Source: Tubulanus polymorphus
Lineage: Eukaryota > Animalia > Nemertea
DNA length: 64,000 nucleotides
Direction: 5' to 3'
NCBI RefSeq assembly: GCF_964204645.1
Contig: NC_134028.1
Span: 21,882,345 to 21,946,344, forward strand
Both the position numbers and the translations under genes were made by a program. Each line of letters starts with the position of its first letter. Positions within the stretch are counted from its first letter, which is position 1. The notes below the pieces were generated by a model. The model ran no database searches, was not told where the DNA came from, and saw only the letters and a list, made by a program, of their open reading frames with translations. This document shows positions 52,138-64,000 of this stretch, piece by piece.

Positions 52138-52868
52138 CAAATAAATCGTTAACCTACACGATCCTTTTGACTGAGAAATACGTAGCTAACGGCACTCTTC
52201 GGAAGGCAGCTCAACAACAAAACTGCATTTATAATTTTCGATGATGGGTAAGTACGCTGATGAGGTGGTTGGATAGAAGTACCTCATCTGGTCTGATGTT
52301 CCCATTCAAAGTGTCTTTAAAACGACCCCTTTAAAACACCGTAAACCGTCTGGCCATTCGAATTCCATTGAAATAAAACTTTTCACCCCGACAAATACAA
52401 AACCATTGTTTTTGGATTTGAATTCAATACACATCATTTCAATTTAACATGTATTGAATAGTCTCATAGTGCTTGTTTGAATTCTGCGATATCGAATGAA
52501 ATTTTTTAAGGTATAAATGTGATAGGTTGCATTGGCGTACCAGTCATATCAGTTTCAGTTTCTAATCCCGATTTAACATTTTCTTTTATCATTTCTAACT
52601 GCGCTGCATGTATAATTTCTAAAAGTCAGCATGGATCCTGCTTGAAAGAAAACTCGTTATTGCTGCTTTATAGCTGTATTCAAATATGGCGCTTCTCTTT
52701 CCACAGTAAGAGAGATTTTTATCTTCTCTTTCCACAGTGAAAGAGAGTTTATTTCATTTTATTCCAATCTAATTTACATGTTCTATATGCTTACACACTT
52801 TGACCTTTATAACCATTTAGCTGTTTGATAAGTTACTTAAAGGCATACTTTGTTGCCCAGACTAACGG

Positions 52869-55800
52869 TTAGGGCATTTGCAATTCGACTCCCCCTTCGA
52901 ATACCACTCGGGTATCTTTCTCCGCCGCAAGATCTAATATTCGCAAACCATTTAGGACAAGTCCTGGAAAAGAAAGAAAAAACACTCTCATCAGCATTTA
53001 TATATAACAGTCCGCAGCTGAATGCGGCTCAAAATCAAGGCGAGATGACATGTGTAGCTAAAATAACATCTCATTGTCAACGTTAAGAGGATCAAAAATG
53101 AGAAAACATACAAATAATTGCTAGGAAGGGAAACATGTATCATAAGCGTGCGCACTGGACACGAACGATTTTGGTAAAAACGGATGCTTTTACGCGAAAT
53201 GACGAACCTGCTTCGATTAACTTTTACATGAAGAGAACGTACTAAATAATTCAATGGGAATATCATCCTTGGTGAATATTCATCCATAAAACTAGGAAAT
53301 GAACATTGACGCAGTATTCATAGTTGTTGAAATCGACATAGGTCGACAAAGGTCATATAGAAGTATTAATAACTGGCATAATCATTCATCAACATGTGAT
53401 GAAAAATACTTCAGAATTGCCACCAGTTCGTAGTTTACTTTTTTATGTTCTTTTATGGAAAACGATGAAATACCAGCAATGGTTCCGGTGAATGGTCTGG
53501 ATATCTGCGGATTTCGGGCACTGTGGCCGATTTGTTGAGGTTTCAAACCACCGATGTATACTCTCGCTTGATCGTTGAATACGTTAAATTGACGACCTAA
53601 ATTAAAATGAGTTCAATCGATATAACTCTGATAAATCAGCCGATACTTCAATAAACAGATATAAACAACATTCATGAATAAAAAGAAAAACATTGCAAAT
53701 GAGAATGATAGCCATTCATTTGTAAAGTCATTGAGTGCATAAGTTGCTTTGGTGATAATCAATTGCCAAATCATGCCATGTTGCAAAAATGATCATACCT
53801 CGTAAATGTAGACCCGTTCAATTACCAAAGAAAATCGTATCTACTAAATTGTACGAAAGGATAAAGTCCTTACCTCTGGGATGTTTTGTATGGATGGGCA
53901 AATCATCCACTTGGATAGTTGCATTTAGACCAGAACGAGTGAATCGAATTACGTGGTATTTCTTATCATCGACGTTCGTGAGAATATCTCCAATTGGATG
54001 GTCGTTTGTTCCCATGTTGTACGTGACGAAGATCTTTCCGCTTATCTACAATATAATGATCGGGATGCTTACAAAATGTCAAAAAACTCGCAAGTAATTA
54101 TGCGTGCATTAATTATTGAATCGAACATTTCAGCTTTTGCAAACAAAGCTTTTTTTATGAAGTTAATTCTCGCAGGAAGACTGTGCAGAAGCCTACGCGA
54201 AAATCGAGCTAAAAATACAAATCGCCTAGTTGCTCTTCATTACGTTACTGATTGGAACTTACAATTTCCATTTGAATGAAGTCTTCGGAAGAGCCGCTAT
54301 CAATTCGAGTCAGAACAGCATCTCTATCCGCGGTAACAAATCCTAAAGCGAGTTGGTCTTGCTCTGTGTCCGGTCGTCGACCTTGTGGAAAATTCATCGT
54401 GATCAATCCTCCACGATTTCCAAACAAGTAAGCAATACTGGCTGCAATTGTAAAAAGTCAATTCAACGTTAGAAGAAACCGACTCAAATAACTTCACAAA
54501 TGCACGAAAGAAAATGTACGAACGAAGCAATGAGATAATTCAAATGAGTGTTTACCTTTGGAGCAAGTTGGACCAGTATAAGATGTCATGTCACAATCAC
54601 AAGTGAAGCTCATCTGTTGTTGCACACAGCGTCCACTATGTTCACATGTACTGGAACTACACGGATTGGTTGGATCTGGAAATATATACAGTATAACATT
54701 ATATTAACAGAAGATGACGGATTTAACTAAGACGTTTCGCTTCTGATGTCTCACAGGACTTACCATTACAACCATCAGCTATAAGCTGAGGAAAAGGGAT
54801 GAAAGAATCGTGTATAAGATCAGGTGTTATACCGGCAAAATCCAACGACGCTAAACATCCCTGAAAGCCTTGTTTCGAGGCAACCATTTTTGGCAGCGCA
54901 TCAAAAATCGATTTGGGAGCACCACCAACAAATAGAGGACCACTAAGTTCGGTTAGGTCATTTGCGGTAGTGAAGGTTGACGACTGGCCATCCACGCGTA
55001 AGATCTGTTTTGAAAGTGATGGTCGTATGATGGTCACATCGTGCCATTGATTATCGTTCAAAGGGCTTCGACGTGTATTTGCCGACGTCAGCAGATTCGT
55101 GCCGCTCCCAGCTTTGAAGACGTAACGAAGTATCCCGCTAACTAGCTCAATAGCGATGAAGTCATATCCATTACCGGCATTGTAAAACAGTAATCCATTT
55201 GGCTGAGTAGTTTTGAATTGGAAATAAAGTGGAAAAGTTGCATCCATATTGATCTGAGACAGTTTCGCATATGCAATAGTTGACTTGAACTTAATTGGCG
55301 TTTGGAGTAATATTCCAGTGTTGCCAATCCTCGCCGTCCTTTCAATGTTCTTTATTCTCCCTTCATTTGTCAACTCGAAGAACCGTTGACCATTAAACTC
55401 AAATTGCTGCATATAACCTAAGAATGTCGTGTACTTTTTGCCTCGAGGATCATTCTTTACTTTTCCGATGTTCATATTTTTTACATCGAGAATACGCAAA
55501 TCACCGGACATCATTCCTGAAAAATATTGCGCATTTAAACCAAAAGAATGAGCTCCAGGACATTTCCTAACCCACAATTGATTTTCAGTTGGAGTGAACA
55601 GTTAGCATAAAAATGGCATAGAGAAAATGAACGTCGATTCTAGAGACGTAATTCTTATGAATCTCTCATATGCTCAATTTGTTCCAACGGTCAGAAATTC
55701 CCAAAACACAGCTGAATAGTTTTTCAAGTCCTCATGGACTCTGCTCTCTTTTAGGATCTTATATAGATGCACCACTTTCGATCATCAGGAAATGCCTTTG

Positions 55801-57320
55801 ATACAGTCATTTGAGCTGCTGCCACGTTCAAATACCCTTTACATTACTGCCGGAATACATATAACTTGGAAAGTTTTCCTTAGAAAACTCGAAGGTCCAT
55901 CGATTCGCCTTTGCAAAACTAGAAGCACAATTTTAACACAGATTATTCAGTTAATCACGCATTAATGGACAACTGCAGACATGAAATGAAGGATAGTTTT
56001 AACACAGTTTTACGGGAAGCTGACCAGTAATGTCAAGACTTTTGAAGTCTTCTGAATTAAAAAGGAGGAAAGTCTGAATGTTTATAGTTGTCGGTATTTT
56101 TGTGGGATCAATAGAGTATTCCATAGATCTTGTTTCTTAACACCATCTTGATGATCGTGAGTGATCATAATCTATAGCTAAGATACGTAATAAAAAAAAA
56201 TAATAAATACTCATCAAGCACATGTCTTTCGCCATCGTCGCGCGTGAAATTTATCACTCGCCATGAAGTTTCCCGTATTTCCCTTGATAGCATCATAAAG
56301 AGTTATAGATAAGTCTTACCTCTACGCGTTTCATCATCCAGTTGTAGTATAATGAACCTCGCTTTACGTAGGATTTTTACAATATGCCACTTGTCGTTGT
56401 TCACGTCGTTTCCAACACAGATAGTCTGTAAGATATTCAATAAGGCACATCTTCATAAGGTACGCCTCGATCTTTGGCAAATGTATCAACATAGTTCATT
56501 TTTTACTGCTCTTGTGGGACTAACACCTCCACCTGTATCGTGACTACTGGATCTCTTCTATCGTTGTTCTGACTGTTCATCAATGTTGCACTGTCGGATC
56601 TTCTGTTACTGGCTCATCGGCCTGCTTCTTCCTCAAGCTAAATATTAACCACTAACACTTCGTTTTCTGAATGATACCTCTTTTGCTTCCTTTAGTAGCC
56701 TTTACTACTGGTTACAATATCTCTTTCTAACTCCCCCTTTACCTTCCCCTGAACCTTAGACATCATCTTCTAACCTGACCCTATTCGGTTTGCTTAGTCC
56801 CACTACTTCCATTCTACTCCCTCCTGGCATGTGCTAACCATCCCATATAAGTCCTTATATTTCAATAATAGCAACTAAATGTTCTTCTCCCTTTCCAACA
56901 AACTCCCAACTCGTAACCTGAGCCATTTCCCTTCAGTGTGCGCACAAGCACACATCTAGTGTGCGCTCTAGTGTGCGCATTCGTGCACACACACCGCACA
57001 CACTTATCTATCCATGCACATATATCTATTGGCTCTACACTGCAAAACATCAATTTCTTATTTGTAACAGGATTTAAGACCCTTGATGAACTTTACCTTC
57101 TCTCCACTTCCCACATCAATTTCGAGACAAACTCTGCTATTAACAATTCGCAATTCCATGCGATCTTCCGATCGTTCTGACGTCGTTGCGAAAAGTAAGC
57201 CAGAAGGTCGTTTCGTGCGGAATCGTAGCGTGACGTGGTCAGTTTCCGTTTGAGACTCAGCTGGCATTGAAATGAGCACATACTGAGTTCCATCAAAGCT
57301 GAGAGTAGCAGCAACAGCAG
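52869..57320 (-). CDS. Neurexin-derived gene: LNS4-LNS5-EGF3-LNS6, ending in a stop with no TM/cytoplasmic tail; 5' end uncertain
   Basis: Eight phase-consistent GT-AG exons: 57320-57097, 56425-56320, 55516-54764, 54675-54556, 54441-54263, 54045-53874, 53596-53474 and 52963-52869. Neurexin signatures LSFDG, LRFRTKRPSGLL, FQFKTTQPNGL, GFQGCLASLD, CDCDMTSYTGPTC, RPDTEQDQLALGF, YHVIRFTRSG, GRQFNVFNDQA, GLVLNGLRILDLAA. Confidence 0.88.
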
Positions 57321-58904
57321 CTAAAATAGGAGATGGTGATGGATTCTTGAACACACACTAGCCGACAAAATAGAATTTGATTTGATAGGAGATGATTTGG
57401 TGATATGATCGGATTTCAAATTAGCCGGATGGTTGTAAAGTACCGAGACGGCTTCCAACATCCAAATCATTTTCGAAATTAGAAAAAAAAATTATAAATG
57501 AGTGGAGGACCAGCACATCTGCACTGGCTTATTCATACACTGTCATGCCAGAACAGTTTTCCATTATCAATGTCCATCAAGATGATTAGCGGTGTTGCGT
57601 CCCTTGGAAGGTAACTAACTGTGCATCCGCGTACTATAGTGTTGACGCATCTGGGATTATTGTTAATGAGATCACTGTTGAAACATGGGGCAATCCCTCC
57701 ACCTATTAATAGCTAGATTCAACTATTCCAATATTCTGTTCTTCAAATGTTGTAATTTGATTTTTTTCACGGCGTAGCCAACTGGACCTAGTGTAGAATC
57801 CGGTAAAATAGCTCGAGGATGAATCACATATTCATATCCATCCGAACTATAGAGTATACAAGTCGGCTGGACGTATCGGCCCCACTCCGCGCGGTTGCGC
57901 CACCGTGCGGGATATACGCGAAGCAGCAGAACACAAACACGGCCACTCTCTCAATTTTCAATGATAGAAATCGGGTGTGCATTTCAATTATTTCGGCTGT
58001 TAGGGTTTTAAGGCACAATATAAGTTGATGATGTGATATGGCGATGTTAATTAATGATAATTCCGCAGTGAAACTAGTCACGAACGGTGCCGATTGAGTG
58101 TACAGCTGCCAAAAACACTGAAATGTGCGTAGTTGCGTAACTATTTGCAGTGAATTGCAGACGAAACATGAAGCCTTAACGGCCGTTTAAAAAAAATTAT
58201 ACCAATCGCAATTGTAAAATAAAAATGAGATAGAACCTAAGTTAAAATTCTGGCCATTTCTAAAATGTTATTAATTATAATTACTAATTTTTAGTCAGTG
58301 CGGAACGTTTAGTTTTCCAACAATAATGAGGGGTGGTAGGTAGTCATGCAATTCAAGTCATCATTTATTACACGTTACTTCCGTGTTGTTGATAATCTCG
58401 CGAGTCCTGGACCAAACCCCATTGAACAATGTGATCTGTGTGCTGGCCACAAATGCGCACAGATCACACTACACTACCCATTACACACTCCAGTACCCAC
58501 AGCTTTCATATATCCATCCAAATATTTAGAGTGTCTTTCTTCCTGGATAACTGGACGACTGGTTGACTGGACGGCTTGGCGACTTGGCGACTTGACGACT
58601 GAGCGACTGCTTGACTTGCAGCCGAATGAGTGGGCGACTTGACCACTGGATCATTGGTTCAATAGGTGAAGTGGTGAGTGTGGTGATCGTGGATGACGAT
58701 GATGGAGATGACGGGGATGACGGGGATTGTGAAAATGTTGATGATGAAATTGATCGTCATGGGAATGAAGATGGATATGATAGCCATATTCAGTTTTCAA
58801 TACGAAACCCCCCAGTTAAGGTTAATATACGATATCTTATAATATCTAAAAGTTATATCAATCAATATTCCGATTGTATGAAACATTTTATATAACTTTT
58901 ACCG

Positions 58905-59105
58905 TCGTTACTCTAGCAACAAAAAAGTGGATCAAAAAATTACCTTCGATCGGGGTCAATGAACAGACGATGACCTCTACAATGAGAACACATACGAATG
59001 GTCCTTTCATGTTCAATTCGTCTTGAATTCGGTTGAATCGATCAAAATATCCAGATAACAATTCGAAACTCCATGAAACTTATTAGAAAAATTGGATACA
59101 ATCGT
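58905..59105 (+). repeat. Dispersed repeat related to 45955-46140 and 49427-49610
   Basis: Shared blocks ttactctagc, aaaattacct..cgatcggggtca, gtcttgaattcgg..aatcgatcaaaatatc, gaaacttattagaaa.attgga. Confidence 0.7.
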
Positions 59106-59889
59106 TAAGTTCACGATTCGACATTTTTCTCGTGGAGAATCACGTTTGGCTGTTATCGCCGTAAATTCGCTGCGTATACATCTAAAAAATGATTGAGTCT
59201 GGTTGGACTCGGTATAAAGACAAATAACATAATGATGTAATTTCACCGTGAACAAATAACCATTCGTATATTCATTATTTTTATAATTACTATGGAATAG
59301 TTTGCATTATCGATAACACTAATAACCGTGGTTATAACAGATAACCTGTTTGTTGTGGAAATGGTTTGGGATGAAACATTCTGAGACCGTGTTGTAACGG
59401 TGATATAGAAAATTCCGCACTAGAAAAAGGAATACGAGTCCGAAAAGACAAAACTATGGATAAATATATAATCTAGAATAAAGCGAACACTTCGTCGAAT
59501 ACGTTGGAAATAAATCATTTAACCAAAGGAAACTTTTCCGGATTCGTTTTCTCGTTCTTAGTTTTCTCTATATTTCGTTCAGGCATGAGAACTTTACAAG
59601 CATATGTTTAAACTGAGGCATTTCTCCGTGGTGTTGGTCACAATATTGACCTCGGATAATCTGTGACATTTAACAAGCTACGTGCATAAAAATGACATTA
59701 TTATGTGACTAAGCATATACGACATGCAAGCTACATGCATCAAAAATGACACTATCATAATTTTGAAATTTTCTATAAAAACTATGGTTTAAAAGTAAAA
59801 ATAAAATATCTAATGTACTTATGTATTCTTAAATAATGTTGTAAAAAGTTAATTTTTTTCTACTCTAGTTTTATAGAAAAGTGGATATG

Positions 59890-60000
59890 GTGGATTTTTA
59901 CCAAGGGGGATTTTTACCTAGGGGGATTTTTACCGGGGGGATTTTTACCTCGGGGGATTTTTACCTTGTGGGATTTTTACCGGGGGGATTTTTACCTACA
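59890..60000. repeat. Tandem GGGGGATTTTTACC minisatellite (likely transposon subterminal repeat)
   Basis: About 7 units of about 15 bp; same unit at 63734-63860 and a single inverted unit at about 60805. Confidence 0.8.
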
Positions 60001-60086
60001 TTCTTGTTTTAAGCCCCATGAAAAATATGTGATGTCATTAAATTGAAAGCTTAATGTTTTATTAACATTGGCAATAGTTCTCATAA

Positions 60087-60210
60087 ATTTTCCTTGGCCT
60101 TTTTTTCTGTGGCCATTTTTTTCTTGGCCATTTTTTTCCTAGACAAATTACCTTGGCCATTTTCCCTTGGCCATTCTTTCCTGCCATTTTTTCCTTGGCC
60201 ATTTTTCCAA
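60087..60210. repeat. Tandem TTTTTCCTTGGCCA repeat
   Basis: About 8 imperfect units. Confidence 0.75.
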
Positions 60211-62699
60211 CATTCTGGGTTTTTTTACCGCTAACCCTTAGCAATGCACTGTAATGAACAATTTACTTTGTTTTGCTAAATTAACTACAACTTGTAATCA
60301 ATTCACTATAGAACTGTGGTCGATCCTAACAAAGAGTCCGGCGTGCTATTCTAAACTTCAGTGGACAAAAATCTCTTTCTAAAACATCTTTCCTAGTCTT
60401 CATCCTTCAGCATGAACTCTAGGCCTGGATATATTTCGGATTCATTAAATAGTATCATGTGTGTGTAGAACGTTTGGGCGAAGGTATTATCCCCCGGTAT
60501 CACGCGTAAAACAAACAGAAAACATATTTTTATACATAGGTCATCGCATTATAGAAATTGAACTGTTGACAAGTTGTATTAAATCTCTATAGATGAAACA
60601 CTTTTAAGGAAAACGCATTATGTCCGTAGTTCCTTTATATCTACTATTGACTGTGCGCTTCGGGCTCAGTCAACTCACCATCTTCATGACTGAAATATTT
60701 GATTAGGCAGTCCTACTAAAAGTGGCGTTAATTCATACAAGCGAATAATTTGTTGTTTCCAAAGGTTTTTGTTACCGGCTCGTCTACACGGTAATGGTCG
60801 AAATTCCCCGGTAAAAATCCCCTAAGAATACCAAGAGCTTATGATTTGCTGCCGCCGGTATGTTTTCGTTTGTATTGCAAAATTAAGTCCAAAATAACTG
60901 GAATCGTTTTAAAGGATTTCTGTGAAAATTTTCAATTTTTCCCCACACGTCAACAAGTGCCTTTCAAATCAAGATCGATTCCTCATGCGTAAAAACGATT
61001 GAAGCAATTTTTGCCGTTTTATTTATCTATGGTTTGATACGTCAAGATTTCAGTAAAAAGGGCAACATCATCGTTTATGTTAGCGAAGCTTGGTATACAA
61101 GCAAGCTGACAATAACAAGCCACTGAATTTTATCTGGTTAGGCTTTGTATAGCTCATTATCTATAGAAAGTCGGTGATTAAGTCCTAAGTAAATATTGCT
61201 CAAGTAAAGAGAATTCATTATGACAATGTACAAGCGATGACAGGCCTATGAGGCACCCGTAAATCAAAAATGCATTTCACGGATTTTGCTGTGCGATGCG
61301 ATAAATTATTGAAACATTTTATTTGAAATATCTTTGAAATACTATTTGAAATTTTAAATATGTTTTTACCGGTGCGATCACTTTTAGTATTAGTTTAGTA
61401 TTAATGAAGTATTTCAATCTTTGGATAAACGTTGGAAAAATGGCAAGGGGAAAATTGCCGCGAAATAAACATTAGAATTTGCAGGTTTTGTAATAACTTT
61501 GAATTGTTAAATTCTACTGGACATTGGTGTATGCTGAATATCACGAACAACGAAACATATATCTCGTACAAACGTTGATTGTCTTTTTCAACTGTCTTCA
61601 TTTCAATAACAATCAATCGATTTTTAAGTCGATTTAATTATTACTGGATAGCGACTATATGCGTTTGTGCTTTTAATCAACTAATTTCCGAATCCGTGGT
61701 ATGTCAATCAAATAATAGTTTTTAAGTCGAGAAAAGGTAAGATGCATTCTATCAACTAATTTCAATGTAAAGACTATAATGCTTCGTATATGAATCAATA
61801 CTAAAGCATTCATACCGTAGGCCACTTAATCTTAAGCTTGATTGTGAGAGGTGTTTAAACATAATGGTCACATGAGTAATTAAATGGTTGTGTCACAAAG
61901 GGAGAAATCTGCCTTAGACATATCATCCCGATATCTGTAGTTCTGGGCTTTTTAGAATGAATTTGGCGCGTGTTTAGAATGAATTTTATCCGATATTGTT
62001 GTAACATAATGTTTTCCCTCTGCAAGTTCCTGACGTTTTCTGGGTGCTAACGTTCAGTGGCTATTTCATAGATATCCATGCATATAAACTTGAACTGAAC
62101 TGAATGGGAACTGAGTTCGGTTAGGAGTAAAAACCTCCTTATCAACTCCTATTTCTGAATTGTATATAAAGGAGTGAAGAAAGAAACAAACCCTCATACC
62201 GAATACACTTTTACGTATAAATGAGAATAATGCTCACTAGGACAATGGCTAATTTGCGACCGTAAATGAAAGAAATACGACTCGAATATTTTTATTTTTA
62301 TCATGCGTGACACGCGAATCTCCTATTAACACTAGTAATGAGAGAAGAATCCACACGAATGAAATGTATCAGCTTCATAATGATCTTTAATCCTTGACCA
62401 TTCTTAATTAACACAAAACACTTAGTATAAATGATTTGTAGCGATTACCATAGAATTTCCATTTAAAGAATGCATTTATCAAATTACGTCCATTGACTCT
62501 GAAAATGAACCTTTAAACCCGTAAATTAGCTAAACTCGTGCCGTATTAAGCTATTTAGATTTATCGCAGTCTTGTGAAAATTTGTAAGCAGTCCTTATAT
62601 TCCCTGTATAATCAAAACTTAATTTCTATGTTATGCACGTGTTTTAATTACGATTTCCCCTCTACATGTTTATCGAGAAGGGCCTGATTACAATCTGAT

Positions 62700-62875
62700 T
62701 ACAATTGATTATCAACAAGCTAGAAATTGATGAAATAGTAAACAAATTCTCTGGAAATAAAGGTATTGGCATTGACGGGATCTCTATGAAAATAGTTAAA
62801 AGAATAATTGATGTTATTAAATATCCACTTACTCATATATTCAACAATAGCCTTCATTCTGGAGTGGTCCCTGCT
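62700..62875 (+). mobile_element. LINE ORF2 fragment (pre-RT region)
   Basis: EIDEIVNKFSGNKGIGIDGISMKIVK..IKYPLTHIFNNSLHSGVVP. Confidence 0.75.
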
Positions 62876-62878
62876 GAA

Positions 62879-63081
62879 CGCGCGTTCCTTGAGTGTCACC
62901 AATTAAGAGGACCGCTATTGTGAAAATTGACCTTGGGAGGAATATTCCTCCCAAAGTCAATTCTTTGAATATCGAACCCCTCGGTCAAGTTTCCATCGAT
63001 TGACTTTGGGAGGAATATTCCTCCCAAGGTCAATTTTCACAATAGCGGTCCTCTTAATTGGTGACACTCAAGGAACGCGCG
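62879..63081. repeat. Perfect 83-bp inverted repeat with 37-nt spacer (fold-back MITE-like)
   Basis: 62879-62961 is the reverse complement of 62999-63081; each arm contains the palindrome TTGGGAGGAATATTCCTCCCAA. Confidence 0.9.
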
Positions 63082-63733
63082 GCTCAGATTTCTATTGTGC
63101 GCCTATCGCGCGCTGCGCATGAATCACTTACGTAATCTTTTCTGTAAATGTGAAGACCTCGGGGGCATTATGTTCTCTAAAGCCAAATATTATCCCAAAT
63201 TCCGGACTGTTAATAGGTTGATTTCACGGCAGAGTCGACATGTTTCAACAATTTTTAACTGTTCATTTATGAATATTTGAGGACTTATGAACTAAAAATT
63301 AGTTAAATTTTTGATACATTTTGAGAAAGTCACAAAACATTTGAGACTGCGTTGATAATGATAATCAATGTAAGATGATATTTCATTGTTTTTAAACTGC
63401 AAATCGTACAAGGACATCGTCAGAATTTCAGTTGCTTTTCAAACGGCGTGACAAAACATTTCTGAAATAACTGTAGACGAATGTTCAAAGAATGATATTG
63501 ATATAGAATCGATGAAAATGCATTAAATGACCGAATTCAATCAACTGACTCGTACCCCTAGAATAAGTATTTTGTCTCTACACTTATTATTCTTTATTAA
63601 ACGTTTGTTAACCGTATTTAATGGATGTAATTACTATACTAGAGTTAAATAAAGCAATAAAGTGCAATAAAATTTCGAATCTATATTTTTTTAAAACATA
63701 ATAGCTGTTGAAAATTTTAGTGAAATCAATTAT

Positions 63734-63865
63734 GGGGGGATTTTTACCTAGGGGGGGATTTTTAGCGGGGGGATTATTACCTAGGGGGGATATTTACCGG
63801 GGGGATTTTTACCGGGGGGATATTTACCGGGGGGATTTTTACTGGGGGGATTTTTACCTGTTACC
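63734..63865. repeat. Tandem GGGGGATTTTTACC minisatellite
   Basis: About 8 units; same family as 59890-60000. Confidence 0.8.
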
Positions 63866-64000
63866 TTAAAACAATTAAAATCGGTATCAATGAGTTCAGA
63901 AATGTGATGAACTTACATTTCATTTCATTGCATATAATGAATATATCAAGAACTATCATGCAAGTGGTCAATGAATAAACTTACAAGTGATGAACTTAAA

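Noticed and set aside
58346-58895. Cys-containing and acidic ORFs considered as neurexin EGF2 or another gene
   Set aside because: No EGF spacing or consistent splice phase; low complexity with stops, likely decayed repeat.
59890-60210. Regular short repeats (also 19380-19700 and 63734-63860) considered as a CRISPR array
   Set aside because: No unique spacers, no cas genes, eukaryotic context; these are minisatellites or MITE interiors.

Overview
AT-rich, compact-intron eukaryotic (invertebrate metazoan, probably lophotrochozoan) genomic DNA; the taxon is inferred from gene content only. Genes reconstructed by hand from splice sites and reading frames: a soluble acetylcholine-binding-protein-like gene (-), four intact intronless class A orphan GPCRs plus a GPCR pseudogene, EEF2KMT/FAM86, an intronless IRF, an SLC14 urea transporter, TMEM26, a secreted MMP, and a neurexin-derived gene that stops at the end of LNS6. 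The ORF track misses a two-exon gene (40407-40951) encoding a 67-aa precursor with a signal peptide and a 44-aa, 8-cysteine mature peptide with near-symmetric spacing, resembling a disulfide-laddered helical hairpin. It lies divergent from an orphan GPCR, and the GPCR, peptide and neurexin-3'-end block has been duplicated, with a further recent 3485-bp tandem duplication. Mobile DNA includes a decayed CR1-type LINE, truncated LINEs, several MITEs with clear TIRs/TSDs, and a Harbinger-type insertion that splits a Penelope-type minimal hammerhead motif. No database searches were run; all homology calls are from motif recognition.
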